Shown here piece by piece: positions 25,095 through 37,756 of a DNA stretch of 51,170 nt. Under the pieces are notes generated by a model. That model saw only the letters and a program-made list of their open reading frames with translations. It searched no databases and was not told where the DNA came from. A program made the position numbers and the translations under genes. This DNA is from Malacoraja senta. Taxonomy: Eukaryota. Location of the stretch: the NCBI GenBank assembly GCA_038087875.1, contig JAXLNO010004732.1, positions 1-51,170 on the forward strand, in the 5' to 3' direction. Positions within the stretch are counted from its first letter, which is position 1. Each line of letters starts with the position of its first letter.

Positions 25095-26069
25095 TCTTCA
25101 GACGCAGCTGGAGGCGTCTTGAGGACTGTTAAAAAATCGAAAGTTACCATTGAAAAGCCGAATACGCAATCTAGTTGGAAATAATAGAGCTGGGCGCAGT
25201 TTTTTCTAATACAAATCAGACATTACATTATAAAAAGTCTTTCTTATTTCCAAAAGCTCGTAACTATAATCAGGGACAAACCGAAACTTACATCCTTCAT
25301 ATTCAACCACACCAAACTTTTTTGCTGCCTGGAGAATATTCTCCTTCATTTGAAAAAAATGAAACCGAATGATCAAGTGTCTCGGTTTATTACCGGATCT
25401 CTTCCCAATCCTATGTGCCTTATCCAGGAACGGAAGGTTTTCATTGTGCTCAATGTTGAATGTTTCCTTTATCATTTTAGAAGCATATTTTATAACATTA
25501 TCTCCTTCTTGGCCTTCCGGCAAACCAACAATTCGTAAATTCAAACGATGGCTTCTGTTTTCTAAGTCCATATTTTTAGACTTGTATTGCTGAAGTGCTC
25601 GAGTGTTTTCATTCATTCTCCGTTCCAATTTTTCAATCTTCAAATCTCTCTCCTGTCCCAGGGTGCACAAGATATCAATTTGATCCTTTTGTTCACAAAG
25701 TTCATCTTGTAACAAAGACAGTTTTCCTTGGACTTCCTTCAATTTGGTCGAAACTCCTTTCACCATTTCTTCCAAACTGCCAAATCTTGTTTTCATTTCA
25801 TTTTTCAGCTCATTTTTCAATTCATCGTTCATTTTCGATATTGCTTCTATGATGCTGGAATCAGAAGCTGCAGCTGTGGTTGTGGCTTTCCCCAGTTCCT
25901 TCTTTGGGGATCCTCCTTTCCTTCTTGTCTCCATGCTTTTCACGATTAAGGCGTGTAAAAGTGCAACCTTACAGCATGCTGCCTTACACAAGGAGAGTCT
26001 AGTTATTGACATGTTATTGATGTTCATGATTATTCTGTTCTTTGTGCCTGGCCATTTTGACTTTGTCAC
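25095..26069 (-). pseudogene. L1 ORF1 (frameshifted near the C-terminus)
   Basis: LENRSHRLNLRIVGLPEG...AHRIG...PRHLIIRF...FRFVPDYS; continues after a frameshift as FPTRLRIRLFNG. Confidence 0.9.
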
Positions 26070-26519
26070 ATTTTACTTGGTTTATGATATTGTACAAGAT
26101 TTGCAATCACACCTCCCAATTGACTAAAATTATCCCAATTAACTAAATGCCTACTATGGCATTTAACTTATTGCATTATATTCAGTGCAGGGTAGAAGCT
26201 GCAGTTTTTTTTAAAAGGGCAAGTTTGTATTACATACTATGTGGTGTGTGCCTGGAAAGCACTGCCAGGGATGGTGGCGTCTGGGGTGCACCTTCGTGGT
26301 GCATGGAGATGGAGGGGTTTGAGGGACATGAATCATTTGCAGGCAGATGCTGCCTAACTGGTGTCTGTCTGACTGATCTGGAGGGATCTGATGGTCAGGC
26401 AGGGAATATTTCCAGTGACCCAATGGTGCTGAGTTCGCTGAATTTTACGGTGAATGGGAATGCCCCTGTAATAGAGGAACAGGTCCTTTGTCCAACAACG
26501 TTTGTGCTGAACATGACGC

Positions 26520-27040
26520 AACCTGAGGCAGAGTGGCGCTGCTGATAGAGCTGCTGCCTCAGTGCGTCATAGACATCAGTTCAATCCTAACCTCGGTTGT
26601 CGGCTGTGTGAAGTTTGCATGTATTCCCTATGACCGCATGGGTTTCCACTGTCCTCCAGTTTTCACACACATACTAAAGATGCCAGGTTTTATGGGTTAA
26701 TTGGTCTCTGTAATTTGACCCTAGTGTGGAAGCGAAAGTTAGATAACATAGAACTTGTGTGAACGGAACTATTTGAAGGAGTATTGAGTTTTTTGTTTAG
26801 TTTAGAGAGAGAGCATTGAAACAGACACTTCGGCCCCACTGAGTCCGCACCAACCAACGATCACCCACATAAGCTAGGGACACAAGTCAATTAACCTACA
26901 AACCTGCACATCTGTCTTTGGAATGTGGGAGGAAACTGGAGCACCTGGAGAAAACCTATGCAGTCACAGGGAGAAGGTACAAATTCCGTACAGACATCAC
27001 CCGTGGTCAGGATCAAACCCAGGTGTCTGGCGCTGTGCCT
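26520..27040. mobile_element. Two tRNA-derived SINEs in opposite orientations (~26520-26765 +, ~26790-27040 -)
   Basis: Same family motifs as the other SINE copies. Confidence 0.6.
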
Positions 27041-28189
27041 TTATATCTGGAAGGAAGATGTTATGTGGGATGAATCAACAGTTAAAGTGAATAAACTAGT
27101 TGCATCTTTCTGAGTTCTGTTCTCTGCTATGCCATTTCTTTGTTGTCTAATATTTAATTTCCCTCCTCAGATTATCAAAATATTCAACCAAAGCAGAACG
27201 TGCACTGCTAACCAATCGCTGAGTAGAAGATTTCATGGATGTGATTAAAATGCAGGAACTGAAATAAATGGAAAGAGTTAAATTAAGTTTATCAAACATG
27301 ACAGAAATTCTCAATAAACTGCCCTGCATTTGTACAAATTAGAGCTATCTAGCAATTTATGTTGATAACAGCTGATATGACTAAGGCCTCAACTCCTTTA
27401 CTGTGCTTATTCCACATAAGACACAATTCCCTGGTCTTTTAGAATATATCCACGCATTATCCATCAATTCACCACCACATCATGCCTCTTTAATACATTC
27501 ATAAGGTTAACTCTGTTTCTTGTCATCTCCAAGGGACACAGAACCAGTGATTTCAGCCATTCATGGTTAGGCAACACTTGCTTATTCCAGAAATCTCTTC
27601 TAGCTGATATGCAATATTAATATATCCTTTCTTAAATTTGAGGACTAAGCTGTGCACAGTGCTCATGGTTTGTTCTTAGCAACATCATGTACCATAATTA
27701 CAATAGTAACCTACCTTTGAATGCTACTCACCTTCTGAGTTGTGTGCTGCATCTACCTGCTGGCTTTTTGTTTTGCACTTTAAGCACTTGAATCTCTTGT
27801 ACTCCACTCATTTGCAATCTCACTCCATTTAGATAATAGCTTCCTTTGAATTGCTCTTACCAGAGTGTGTGAGCACATATTTTCCATTATTAAACTCCAT
27901 TTGCCATGTTTATGTTCATCTAACAAAGAGTCATAGAGCCATATAGCATGGAAGTAGGTACTTCAGCCTAATGCTCCAAGCTGAACAAGATGCTACATCT
28001 AGGTTAGTCACATTTGCCAGCGTTTGGCCCACTTTCCTCTCAACATGTTCTATCCATGTACCTGTCCAAGTGTCTTTTCAATGTTGTTATTCTGCCTTCG
28101 CTGGCAGCTCATTCCATACACCCAGTAACCTCTTCGTAGAAAAGGTTGCCTCTCAGGTTCCTACTAAATCTTCCTCCTCACCTTAAACC

Positions 28190-28811
28190 CAGGGGTGCAG
28201 TGCTGCCGGAGCTCACCTGAGCACCGATCCGGCACATCTGTTAAAGAAAAAATAAACAGGGTGGAATTTTAACTAGCGGATGTGTGGTCGGGGTAACCTG
28301 ATTAAAAGAGGGGTAAGGGGAAGACCCATCACTACTGAGGTTCCCTGTAGGAGGAGGGGAACACTATGATGCAGCAGAGACAGACCATGTGATGTGTGCA
28401 TCGTTTGTGGTTGTGGGCCTGGAGCTGAGCCTGGAACTCTGGTGGGTGGGTGTGTAGGTGAATGGGTGTGAGGGTGAGAGTGTGTGTGTGTGAAGGCCCA
28501 GAGCTGTGGGATAGTCAGGGTGAGTCGGTGTCTTGCCGGCACCTCTGTAAAAATACATGATAACAGTCTTTTTCTTTACTTGCTTCATAATTATATTTCA
28601 TGATAATCAGTGAGTGCAACCGTGCAATATTTTGTCATAATTAAATTATGTATTATATGTTTTAAAGTACTAGCTATACACTGGGATGTAGTAATAGGCT
28701 ATAATCTTGTTTGACCCTCTAGGGAGACTAGCTTGCCCCCCCCCCCCCAGCAAAATCTGAAATGCCCCTGTTTGACAGCTCCGACACCTAAAAAATTAGC
28801 ATTGAACACTG
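28190..28811. mobile_element. Non-autonomous hAT-like DNA transposon in a CR1 tail
   Basis: 8-bp TSD CTTAAACC (28182-28189 and 28812-28819); imperfect TIRs CAGGGGTGCAGTGCT / CAGTGTTCAATGCT; subterminal CCGGCAC-like motifs. Confidence 0.75.
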
Positions 28812-29643
28812 CTTAAACCTGTTTTTGCTGGTTCTTGATTACCCTACCCTGGGTAAAATAAATCCTGATCAATCGCCCTCATGATTTTAGAAAGCTCTCT
28901 AAGCACCAATTAAATGGTTTCAATTATAGATAGAGTAAGACTTTGTGGTTATTTCCAACAAGAATTTTAGACTAAAGAAAGGCCAGTGGAAGTACTTGGT
29001 CAAACAGCATCTGTGGAGGCAAATGACATATACCAACATTTCAAGGCAAGGCACTGCATTAGAATTGAAGGAGAGGATGGGAAGATTCCAGCAGTTTGAA
29101 GGAGGAATGGGGCAGAGGCTGGTATGTGGCAGGTGGAATAGTAAGATTAAACGAGAACTTACCAAGTTTGAAGTTTGATCTTTATTTTATGAGGAGTAAC
29201 GTTGAGGGATTACGTGAAGAAGCCCCGTCCAGCCGCACACGCGTCAATCTTTCAAAGCAGCGGAGTGACAATCACAGACGATAATTACTGAAGTATGATA
29301 GTAAGATGCATAAAGACTTAGAACTACCAGCTTGATCCTTTTATGAGGGTGGGAGCGGAGGGCACGTAATCCCTCAACGTTACTCCTCATAAAATAAAGA
29401 TCAAGCTTCAAACTTGGTAAGTTCTCGTTTAATCTTACTATTTTACTTCGGAGTCACGTGAGTGACTACGTGAAGATTTCAAAGCTCTGTGATTTCACAC
29501 CGTGGATTCAAATCCAGGTGTTCACTGCATCGATTGACTCTATTTGAGTAAGCACAATCAACAATGCATAACCACAACATTTGAATGTAATCAGTTAATG
29601 GTTTTATTTATTTTAATAAAAGTAACAAAATTAGGCCCATTTA

Positions 29644-30639
29644 TTATAATGGGGGATTTAATACTGTATCCAGCACAGCATTACCAAACCCTCTGAGATC
29701 TTTAATCTCCTTGTGGTAATACTTGTGAAACATCTGTTCACTTGCCCATCCTGCGGCCATGAGAATAAGGTCTATTAGCACGTCTGAATCCCTGGCCGCT
29801 GATGTTGATGCCGCCCTGGTGGAATGAGATTTAAATTTATCAGTATCAATACCTGAATATCTCAACACCTGTTTCAACCATCGTGAAATTGTTTGTGTTG
29901 ACACTTTCTTATGAGGCTTTTTATGACTAATAAAAAATGCCAATTCGGCGCCTCTTAAAACTTTTGTTGTTTCTATGTAACATTTCACATATGTTACTAC
30001 ACACAGTCGTGAATCTGTAGGATATGCTAAAAATTCCAACTTGCATCCTGTGAACCCAGGTCTACTTTGCTTCAGTAAATCATAGACATAGAATGTCACG
30101 GCATTTTGCCCTACTTTCATTCTATCAATTCTGAGTTTCTGTAATGTGTGAACTCTCTGTGCTGAAACTAATGCCATGAGCATAACCAATTTCATGGTAA
30201 TTTTGGATAATGACAGAGTTTCAACTGGATTCCAATTCCTTAGGAACATCAGTACATCTTTTACATTCCAAATTTCTGTATACCTGGGTCTGGGAGGATT
30301 AGAGTTGAAAATTTCTTTCATAAACCTACAGACCCAAGGATGTGCTCCAATTGGAGTTTGTTCTGATTCACTGCTTAAATATGCAGAGAGTGCACTTCGT
30401 GCAGTATTAATTGCACTATAACTTAATTTCAATTCATAGTGTAGAGTTGAAAGAAACTCTATTACATCTGAAATTTCTGCTGTGTTATATGCAATATTCT
30501 TTCCTGAACAAAACACCTCCCATTTCTTTATATATGAAATGTACTGCTTCTGGGTACTATTCCTCCAGGCTGCTGTCATAACATCCACCGTACGGTCTGA
30601 TAATCTTTTTCCAAGATATGGCCTTCTTAGAATCTGCAA
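29644..30639 (-). CDS. DIRS tyrosine recombinase (open frame, 331 aa)
   Basis: N-terminal WRNSTQKQY; catalytic R (SAQRVHTL), HSTR, GW and Y (FHKYY). The track start is TTG; the first ATG is internal (DVMTAAW). Confidence 0.9.
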   Translation of the reverse strand: MQILRRPYLGKRLSDRTVDVMTAAWRNSTQKQYISYIKKWEVFCSGKNIAYNTAEISDVIEFLSTLHYELKLSYSAINTARSALSAYLSSESEQTPIGAHPWVCRFMKEIFNSNPPRPRYTEIWNVKDVLMFLRNWNPVETLSLSKITMKLVMLMALVSAQRVHTLQKLRIDRMKVGQNAVTFYVYDLLKQSRPGFTGCKLEFLAYPTDSRLCVVTYVKCYIETTKVLRGAELAFFISHKKPHKKVSTQTISRWLKQVLRYSGIDTDKFKSHSTRAASTSAARDSDVLIDLILMAAGWASEQMFHKYYHKEIKDLRGFGNAVLDTVLNPPL

Positions 30640-30682
30640 ATCAACAAACCAATACGATTATGTAAAGGATGTGATTCATTAG

Positions 30683-32540
30683 TCACAGGGTGTACAAGCA
30701 GTTTAATCTGCTTTGGAATAACCATAAGGGTTTTGGTTTTTTTTCCCCCATTTTTAACACCAGTGGGTACCACACCTGTGTAGGCCAATCTGGTACTACC
30801 AAAATCCCTGAGGCTGAATCTTGTTTAATTTTCTGTATGCATTTGTGGATTAAACAAAATGGTGGAAACGCATACAGAAACATACCACCCCAATGTAGCG
30901 AGAAAGCATCCACCACTACTGCACCAGGATCAGGTTCCCATGACACATACTTAGGCAACTGGTGGTTCAATCTTGATGCAAACAGATCAATTTCTGGCAT
31001 TCCAAATTGTGTGATAATTTGTGTGAATATTTTCCGAATTAACATCCATTCTGTATTATCATTAAATTTATGTGATCTTTTGTCTGCAATTGTATTAATT
31101 TTTACCTGGTAAATATTGCTGACAGCCACATTTTTCTGGCAATACCCCAGGTCCAAATTTCATTTGCCAATTTATCACATGATTCTGATTTTATACCACC
31201 CATGTGATTTATGTATGCTACAGCTGTAGTATTGTCAACCTGTACCTGAACATGCACATTTCCCATATCAGTGCAATAAGCTCTAAGGCCGTAAAATGCG
31301 CCTAATAGCTCTAGGTAATTGATTCCCAGTTTTTCCAGCAAAGGTACTTCATTCACATTCCACCTACCTCCACAGCTGGAAATCATGTTAGTAGCGCCTC
31401 AACTCAGCACACTTACATCAGTCTGTAGAGTGACGGAAGGTGTTTCTACCAGAACTTTTCTGGAAGCATTAGAAACATTGTTAATCCACCATTCTATTTC
31501 TGTAATGGATTGAATTGTTAATTTCATGGGCCTATCAAAATGCCCTCTATTCATTTTTAACGCTTGTACCTTAGCTCTCTGTAAACATTGATAATGCAAT
31601 GGTCCAAACGTGACCGCTGGAAACCCTGCAATTAATTTGCCCAGCAAACTTGCCACTTCTCTAATTGAAGGTGTGTCCTCGTTAATGGGTTTTATGCAAC
31701 CTTCAATTAATTGCAGCTTTTTATCTTTTGGAAAAGTGATTACCATGTGTTCGGAGTTAATTGTGAACCCTAGGTAATCAATCTTTTTGCTTGGTAACAA
31801 TTTAGATTTTTGTAGGTGAATCATGAAACCTAATTTCTCAAAATGTATTTGACTCTGGATACTGACAATTTTGCAGCAGCCAAAGTGTCCCCTACAATGA
31901 GGATATCATCTAAATAAGCCATTAATACATGGCCCTCAGCTCTTAACAGAGCTAAAATTTGGTTTGAGCAATTTAGTGAATAATCTTGGTGCTGAAATCA
32001 GACCAAGCAGAATAATATGCATTTTGCAGATCTATGCTTGCCTTATAGCAATTCTTTGTGACTAGCTAAATGGCATTAGTAAATGTTTCCATTTTGAAAT
32101 GTTTCTATTGTACATAAAGGTTAAGATTTGTCAGATTGGAAATGATTCTATATCCACCATCCCTTTTCTAGGAGAATATTCCTAGGAGAATATTTGACAC
32201 AAACTGATGGTGTTGTTCTCCTGACATTTATATCATCCTTTTCTGCATAAAGTTTTTCAATTCTCCTTTGATCAACCCATTCTCTTCCTTTGAGAAAATC
32301 CGTGACCAGTTTGAATTATGCTGAATTGGAGGATCCAAACGTGGAGAGAACTCAATTTTGAATCCTACAATGCTACATAGAATAAATGAATCATTTGTTA
32401 TTGATTGCCATTCTTTTAGGAAGAATCGTAACCTTCCCCCTATTTGTGAGTGTGAAACATTTGTTGTGTTTCTTACCAGACCAAGCCCCCTAACCTCGGG
32501 GTTTGCCACCGGCAGTTGTTGTCCCCTTCTAGTAGGCACA
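30683..32540 (-). pseudogene. DIRS RT / RNase H / DAM-like methyltransferase ORF, frameshifted
   Basis: GGRLRFF..EW; YLDDILI region ~31900; KSKLLPSKKIDYLG; TDVS; INYLELLG; VDNTTAVAYINHMGG; ADKRS; DLFASRLN...DAFSLHW...YAFPPF. Confidence 0.9.
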
Positions 32541-34137
32541 TTGTAACCTCCACGTATCCTCGGTGCAGCACGTCAACGTGTATACGAGAATGATAGGATT
32601 GTTCCTTCTCCAGCACCACATTTCGCCTGTAGGGATACTGCCTTCTCACCGCTCTGCTCAGCATAGGTGATCCTTTAGTTTCTTTGTTAGATTTTCTCCA
32701 AAACAGATTTAGGCATTTGTATATTGGATGGTTTGCAGAGCCTGCATACTTAGGATGAATATTTGGTCTTATTGCATTTTTATGAATACAATTTATTTCA
32801 AAGTGCACACTACACATGAGTGCTACATTTTGTTGTGAATACGATATATAACCTTCATCCAACCACTGACCCCAGAAATTTCAGCACTTGTGTAATTTCA
32901 ATTCTTGTGAGCGTAAACCACTGCTCAAATTACCCATATCAAGTTTATTCACTGCTGTAACTGCTACAATTTCCCGGGTCTCATATTTTTTTGATAGTCT
33001 CATCCATGGTTAATTCCTGGGCTGATGGGAGAGTAGATAATTTATAGTCATAGCTATTTCCTCTCTCAAAGGTTCCCCTGTTACTCTGGGAGCAGCAAAG
33101 TTTTGTGCCAGCCTTGGAACATTTTTGGCTCTGATAATGGGCTCTGGTCCTCATTTAAATCATCATCTAAATCTAGATATTCATTTTTATGTTGGGTAAT
33201 TTCTGGCTCCCCTGTTTCAGGTAAGTCTCTGCCAGATTCCCCCTGCGCGGGCTCTCTTGTAGGCCCACGGACAGGCAGCCCTGCTTCAGGTGCTGCTGGC
33301 TCTGGCTCAATTCTAGGCCAACGCTTCATTATTTTTACACTTTATATTTGTCGGTGCTGGCACATTTATCATTGCACGTTTGTGCTGCCTTTTGTTCAGG
33401 CATTTCTAGTACTGGCTCTCCAATAGGCCAACACATAACTTGCCTTTTTTCTGGCATTTTTGGGCACTGGCTCTCCTGTAGGCCAACCTCTTTAATGTTT
33501 CTGCACAGGCACTGATGGCTCTCCTGTAGGCCACCCTTGTGCCTGTTCCAAGGCACCTCCTGTGCTGTACTTCATTGGCTAACACCGACTTAAATCCTCC
33601 TGTGGGGGTTCTTTACAAATCATCTGCCCCATAAGGAGTTAAAAAGTTTTTGACCCTTGCAGTGTAATTCTCTTTCCTGCCTGAGGAGGGCATACCTCCG
33701 GGTCTGACTCACTCGAGTCCACAGGTCGGGCCGATTTTTTTTTCTCAGCCTTGCGCCCGCCCGCGGCGGTTTAACGCACATTCGACCACGACGGGAGTTA
33801 ATGGCTTCGCTGCCACTGACTCCCCTGACTGACGCCCGCTACCCTTAGGATCTGGGGTTTTACTACGGTGCGTCCCTGGCCGCCTCTCCTTCCCATTTCT
33901 CTATAATAAACTTGTGTGGAGCTCCACGAACAAGTCTAAACGGGAAGGAAACGCTCCTGTAAGTGAAAAGTAACGCACTTACCTTCCGACTTTTGTTTTA
34001 CTTTTGTTTTACTCACCGGCTGGAGGAGCTCCTGCTCCTCCACACACGGTCATGAACGCTATGCGTCTGATCGATAATGACGCGTGTGCGGCTGGACGGG
34101 GCTTCTTCACGTAGTCACTCACGTGACTCCGAAGTAA

Positions 34138-37100
34138 AATTGTTATTTAGACCCAATCCTGGACAGACTCTCAACAAAACCGGCTCCTACCATAGCCTCA
34201 GTGCAAACTTTAAATGATTTAACTAAGACTAGGAATATGGTTGACATTTGGCGACTGCAGCATCCTACTAACAGAGATTTCTCTTTCTATTCTCATGTCC
34301 ACAAATCTTACACTAGGATTGACTATTTTTTGATTTCGTCTGAATTACTGTCCAGTATAACAAATTCCACCTATCATAATATTTTGATTTCTGACCATAG
34401 TCCGGTGTAACTTCAATTTAAATATATTCTGTCCAAACAAAAGTACAGCTGGTGCTTCAACCCTCTTCTTCTTAATGATCACTCTTTTATTGACCAAATG
34501 ACTGCATGTATAGATGAGTTTCTTACCATAAATGATAATGGGGAAGTCTCTGATTCCACTTTATGGGAGGCTTTTAAGGTTGTGATGAGAGGCCATATCA
34601 TTTCATTTGAATCATATACAAAAAGAGAACTTAATCGTCGCCTTAGGGATATTGATAAGATGCTTCCAGTGCTTGAAGAGACGTATAGATCCTCTCTTAC
34701 AGTCTGACTACAATAAGATCTTAAAACTAAAATATGAATATAATACTATCCTCAATAAACGTCTTAGCAGCCAATTACTAAAGCTCAAACAGAAATACTT
34801 TGAACTCGGTGATAAACCAGAGAAATTATTAGCAAGTCAACTTAGAGGTGAGCAAGCTAATCGTGCCATTCATAGGATTAAATTAAAATCAGGTATACTG
34901 GTTACTGACTTGAAGCATATAAATGCTTGCTTCAGGGACTTTTATAAAGAACTTTATTCCAGTAAAGTAAAGCCCACTGAAACAGATTTTTGTGATTTTT
35001 TCACTAACCTAAATATTCCACAACTTGATGGAGCATCTAGAGATGATATTGACACTCAGATTTCTGTAGATGACCTTCTGGAAGCTATCTGAGCATTTCC
35101 CTCTGGAAAAGCAGCAGGCCCAGATGGCTTCGGCTGCGAATTCTATAAGGCGTTTCATGGAAAAATAGTCCCTCTCATGTTAAGAATGGTGAATGATTCA
35201 GTGAAAAACAAGAGGCTCCCTAGCTCACTCTATGAAGCTAATGTTTGCTTGCTCCTGAAAAAGGGAAAAGCAGAGACTGACCTTGCAAGTTACAGACCAA
35301 TCGCTCTTCTGAACTGTGACCAGAAGATGATAACTAAAGTCCTGGCCACAAAATTAGGTAAGCACATCTCAAAAATTGTACATCCTGATCAGACTGGATT
35401 TATACCGGGTAGATTCTCATTTAGTAATGTTCGTCTGCTGTTAAATACATTATATTCGGTTCATGACAAGGATACGCAAGCTGCCATCCTATCTCTCGAT
35501 GTTCAGAAGGCTTTCGATCAGATCGAATGGCCCTATATGCTAGAGACGTTAAAACAGTTTGGGTTCGGGATGAACTTTATAGAGTGGATTAAAATAATTT
35601 ATTCAAATCCAGTATCTTCTATTCTGACTAACACAGAAAAATCCCAACCTTTTGACCTGCAGCGCGGTGTGAGACAGGGTGATCCCCTTTCTCCCCTGCT
35701 GTTTGATATCGCTTTAGAACCTCTTGCAATAGGAATCAGGGGTCACCCGGGTATTCATGGTGTAAAATTTGGTAATGTTGAATGTCTTGTGAATTTATAT
35801 GCAGATGATTTATTAATTTGTTTATCTGATCCGGTAGTGTCAGTTCCCAACCTTCTGAACTACATTAAGTCATTTGGTAAACTGTCAGGATATACAATTA
35901 ACTGGGATAAAAGTGAATTCATGCCCTTGACGAATAATTTGAGCCCTGCTTTCTTGAAATCTTTGTCATTTAAATTAGTTACCACCCACTTTCCCTATGT
36001 TGGACTGAAGATTTCCAGAAACCCCAAACTTCTACTTAAATTGAATTTTTTGGACATGGTAGACAAATTAAAAGCTAGCAATAGGTGCTGGAAGCTGCTT
36101 CCCCTCTCAATGATAGGTCGCATCAATGCTATTAAAATGGTTGCACTTCCAAGATTTTTGTATCTTTTCCAAAACCTTCCTGGCTACTTACCTTTGTCTT
36201 TTTTCAAACAACTGGATTCGGTTATACTCTCATTTGTCTGGGCAGACAAATCCCCTCGCATTGCTAAAGCCCACCTACAGAAAAATGTGGACAGGGGTGG
36301 CCTCGGCCTTCCGGTACTGAAGCATTACTACTGGGCTGCAAATGCGAGGGCTCTCACTTTCTGGAAATGGGGTTTTCCTGATGATGACCGGTCTGATGTT
36401 TCCCCACTCTAGCTAAAAATTGAATCCATGTATGTTTCAGAGACCTCTCTCCCAGTGTTGCTCTTTTTCGGAGCACAGGTTCCCTACAAATTAGTTGGCC
36501 ATAACTTCATTCTCAGAAACTCCGTAAGGATTCTGAATCAAATAAAAACAAATTGGGGATTGGTAAATATCTCAGTGTATACCCCTATAGTACACACAAT
36601 CACTTGTTCAAACCGGCACTGATGGATAGAGTGTTTCTGGACTGGAGGGGGAAGGGGCTGTGTTGTATTGATGATCTCTACATAGATAATAAATTTGCCT
36701 CATTTTTTCAGCTCCAAACTAAATATCGCCTTCCTCAACAACACTTCTATCGCTACCTTCAAGTCGGGCAATTTGTACGGGAGCGTATCCCAGAATTCAT
36801 AGTCAAACCAAAAAGTCACATTCTTTATGATCTACTTCTCTCACAGCCTGACTCTAAACACTTGATCTCCCGCTTTGTCACTGCCTTTACGACACCAGTT
36901 GAAGCTGGTCATCTCAGGGAGGCCTGGGCTACAGAATTGGGCACTCCTGTGTCAAATGAACTGTGGGAGGAAGGTTTGTCCGGTATACAGAGTTGCTCTA
37001 TTAGTTCTAGATACAGATTAATTCAATTTAAAGTCTTGCATAGACTACATTATTCTAAAACCAAACTTAACAAGATTTTTGAATCGGTTTCCTCCATGTG

Positions 37101-37756
37101 TGACAGATGTGGTACTGCAGAAGGATCACTATCACATTTATTTTGGCACTGTCCAGTATTAAGTAATTTCTGGAGTGACATATTTAACTGTCTTTCCAAA
37201 CAATGTCGAATAAATATTCCGCCTGATTGTAATCTGGCTATTTTTGGTTGCTCTGACAATACAAGGGCCCTTCCTTCCCACCAGAAGCAGATTCTTAGAG
37301 CAGGTATGGTTGCAGCTAAAAAAATAATATTACTGAATTGGAAGTCCCCACTCTCCCCATGTTTTAAGAGGTGGCTCAACAAAATGCTTTCTATTGCTAA
37401 GATGGAACAGATTCGTTTTAACAAAGGAAATTTACAAAATTATTTTTTGAAGGTGTGGAAACCATTTTTGATTTTGCTTGAAGAGGCATAATTGTCTGAT
37501 CTGTTTATTTTGCTGTTGTGCTATGTCTTTAATCTGAGCGAACTTTGATCTTGCACTCTGATTGATATTCTGGCTGCCCCACACTTGTTTTTTTTTTGTT
37601 TCTTTAATTGGTGTTTTTTGTTTGCTGTCTACTGTGCGTTCGTTATGATTAAAAAAATGAAGCTGTACAATAATTGTATAATGGTAGATGCCGAGCGATT
37701 TATCCTTGTACAATTGCTTCCAATAAAAATAAATTAATAAAAAAAGGAGAAAAAAA
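34138..37756 (+). mobile_element. 5'-truncated L1 (ORF2 from mid-endonuclease to C-terminus, 3'UTR, poly(A))
   Basis: NCYLDPILDR, YTRIDYF, SDHSP, GPDGF, YRPIALLN, QTGFI, QGDPLSPLLF, YADDLL, CDRC...HLFWHC; AATAAA at ~37722 then an A-rich tail. Confidence 0.95.

Larger units (their letters stand above)
19858..26200 (-). mobile_element. Near full-length L1 (Tx1/L1 clade) retrotransposon, inactivated
   Basis: ORF1 25206-26069 (coiled coil, LRIVGLPEG RRM motif). ORF2 fragments from ~24480 (SWNVNGLN) through GDFN, SRIDY, YRPISMFN, QTGF, LDAEKA, QGCPLSPLLF, LYADDLL and C-terminal CDRC...THMFWSC. A/T-rich 3'UTR ~19858-20340. Confidence 0.95.
29137..34140 (-). mobile_element. DIRS1-type tyrosine-recombinase retrotransposon with complete termini (ITRs + ICR)
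   Basis: 36-bp perfect inverted match 29211-29246 / 34078-34113. The ICR (29363-29476) is complementary to both ends (29137-29216 and 34104-34140). Internal gag-like, RT, RNase H, MT and YR fragments. Confidence 0.95.

Noticed and set aside
30683-31156. Stand-alone DNA adenine methyltransferase of prokaryotic origin
   Set aside because: It is the MT-like domain normally found after RNase H in DIRS1 elements.
33400-33560. Three short repeats (cactggctctcc..taggcca) in the DIRS gag region
   Set aside because: Low-complexity coding repeats of this kind are common in gag-like ORFs; no further structure.
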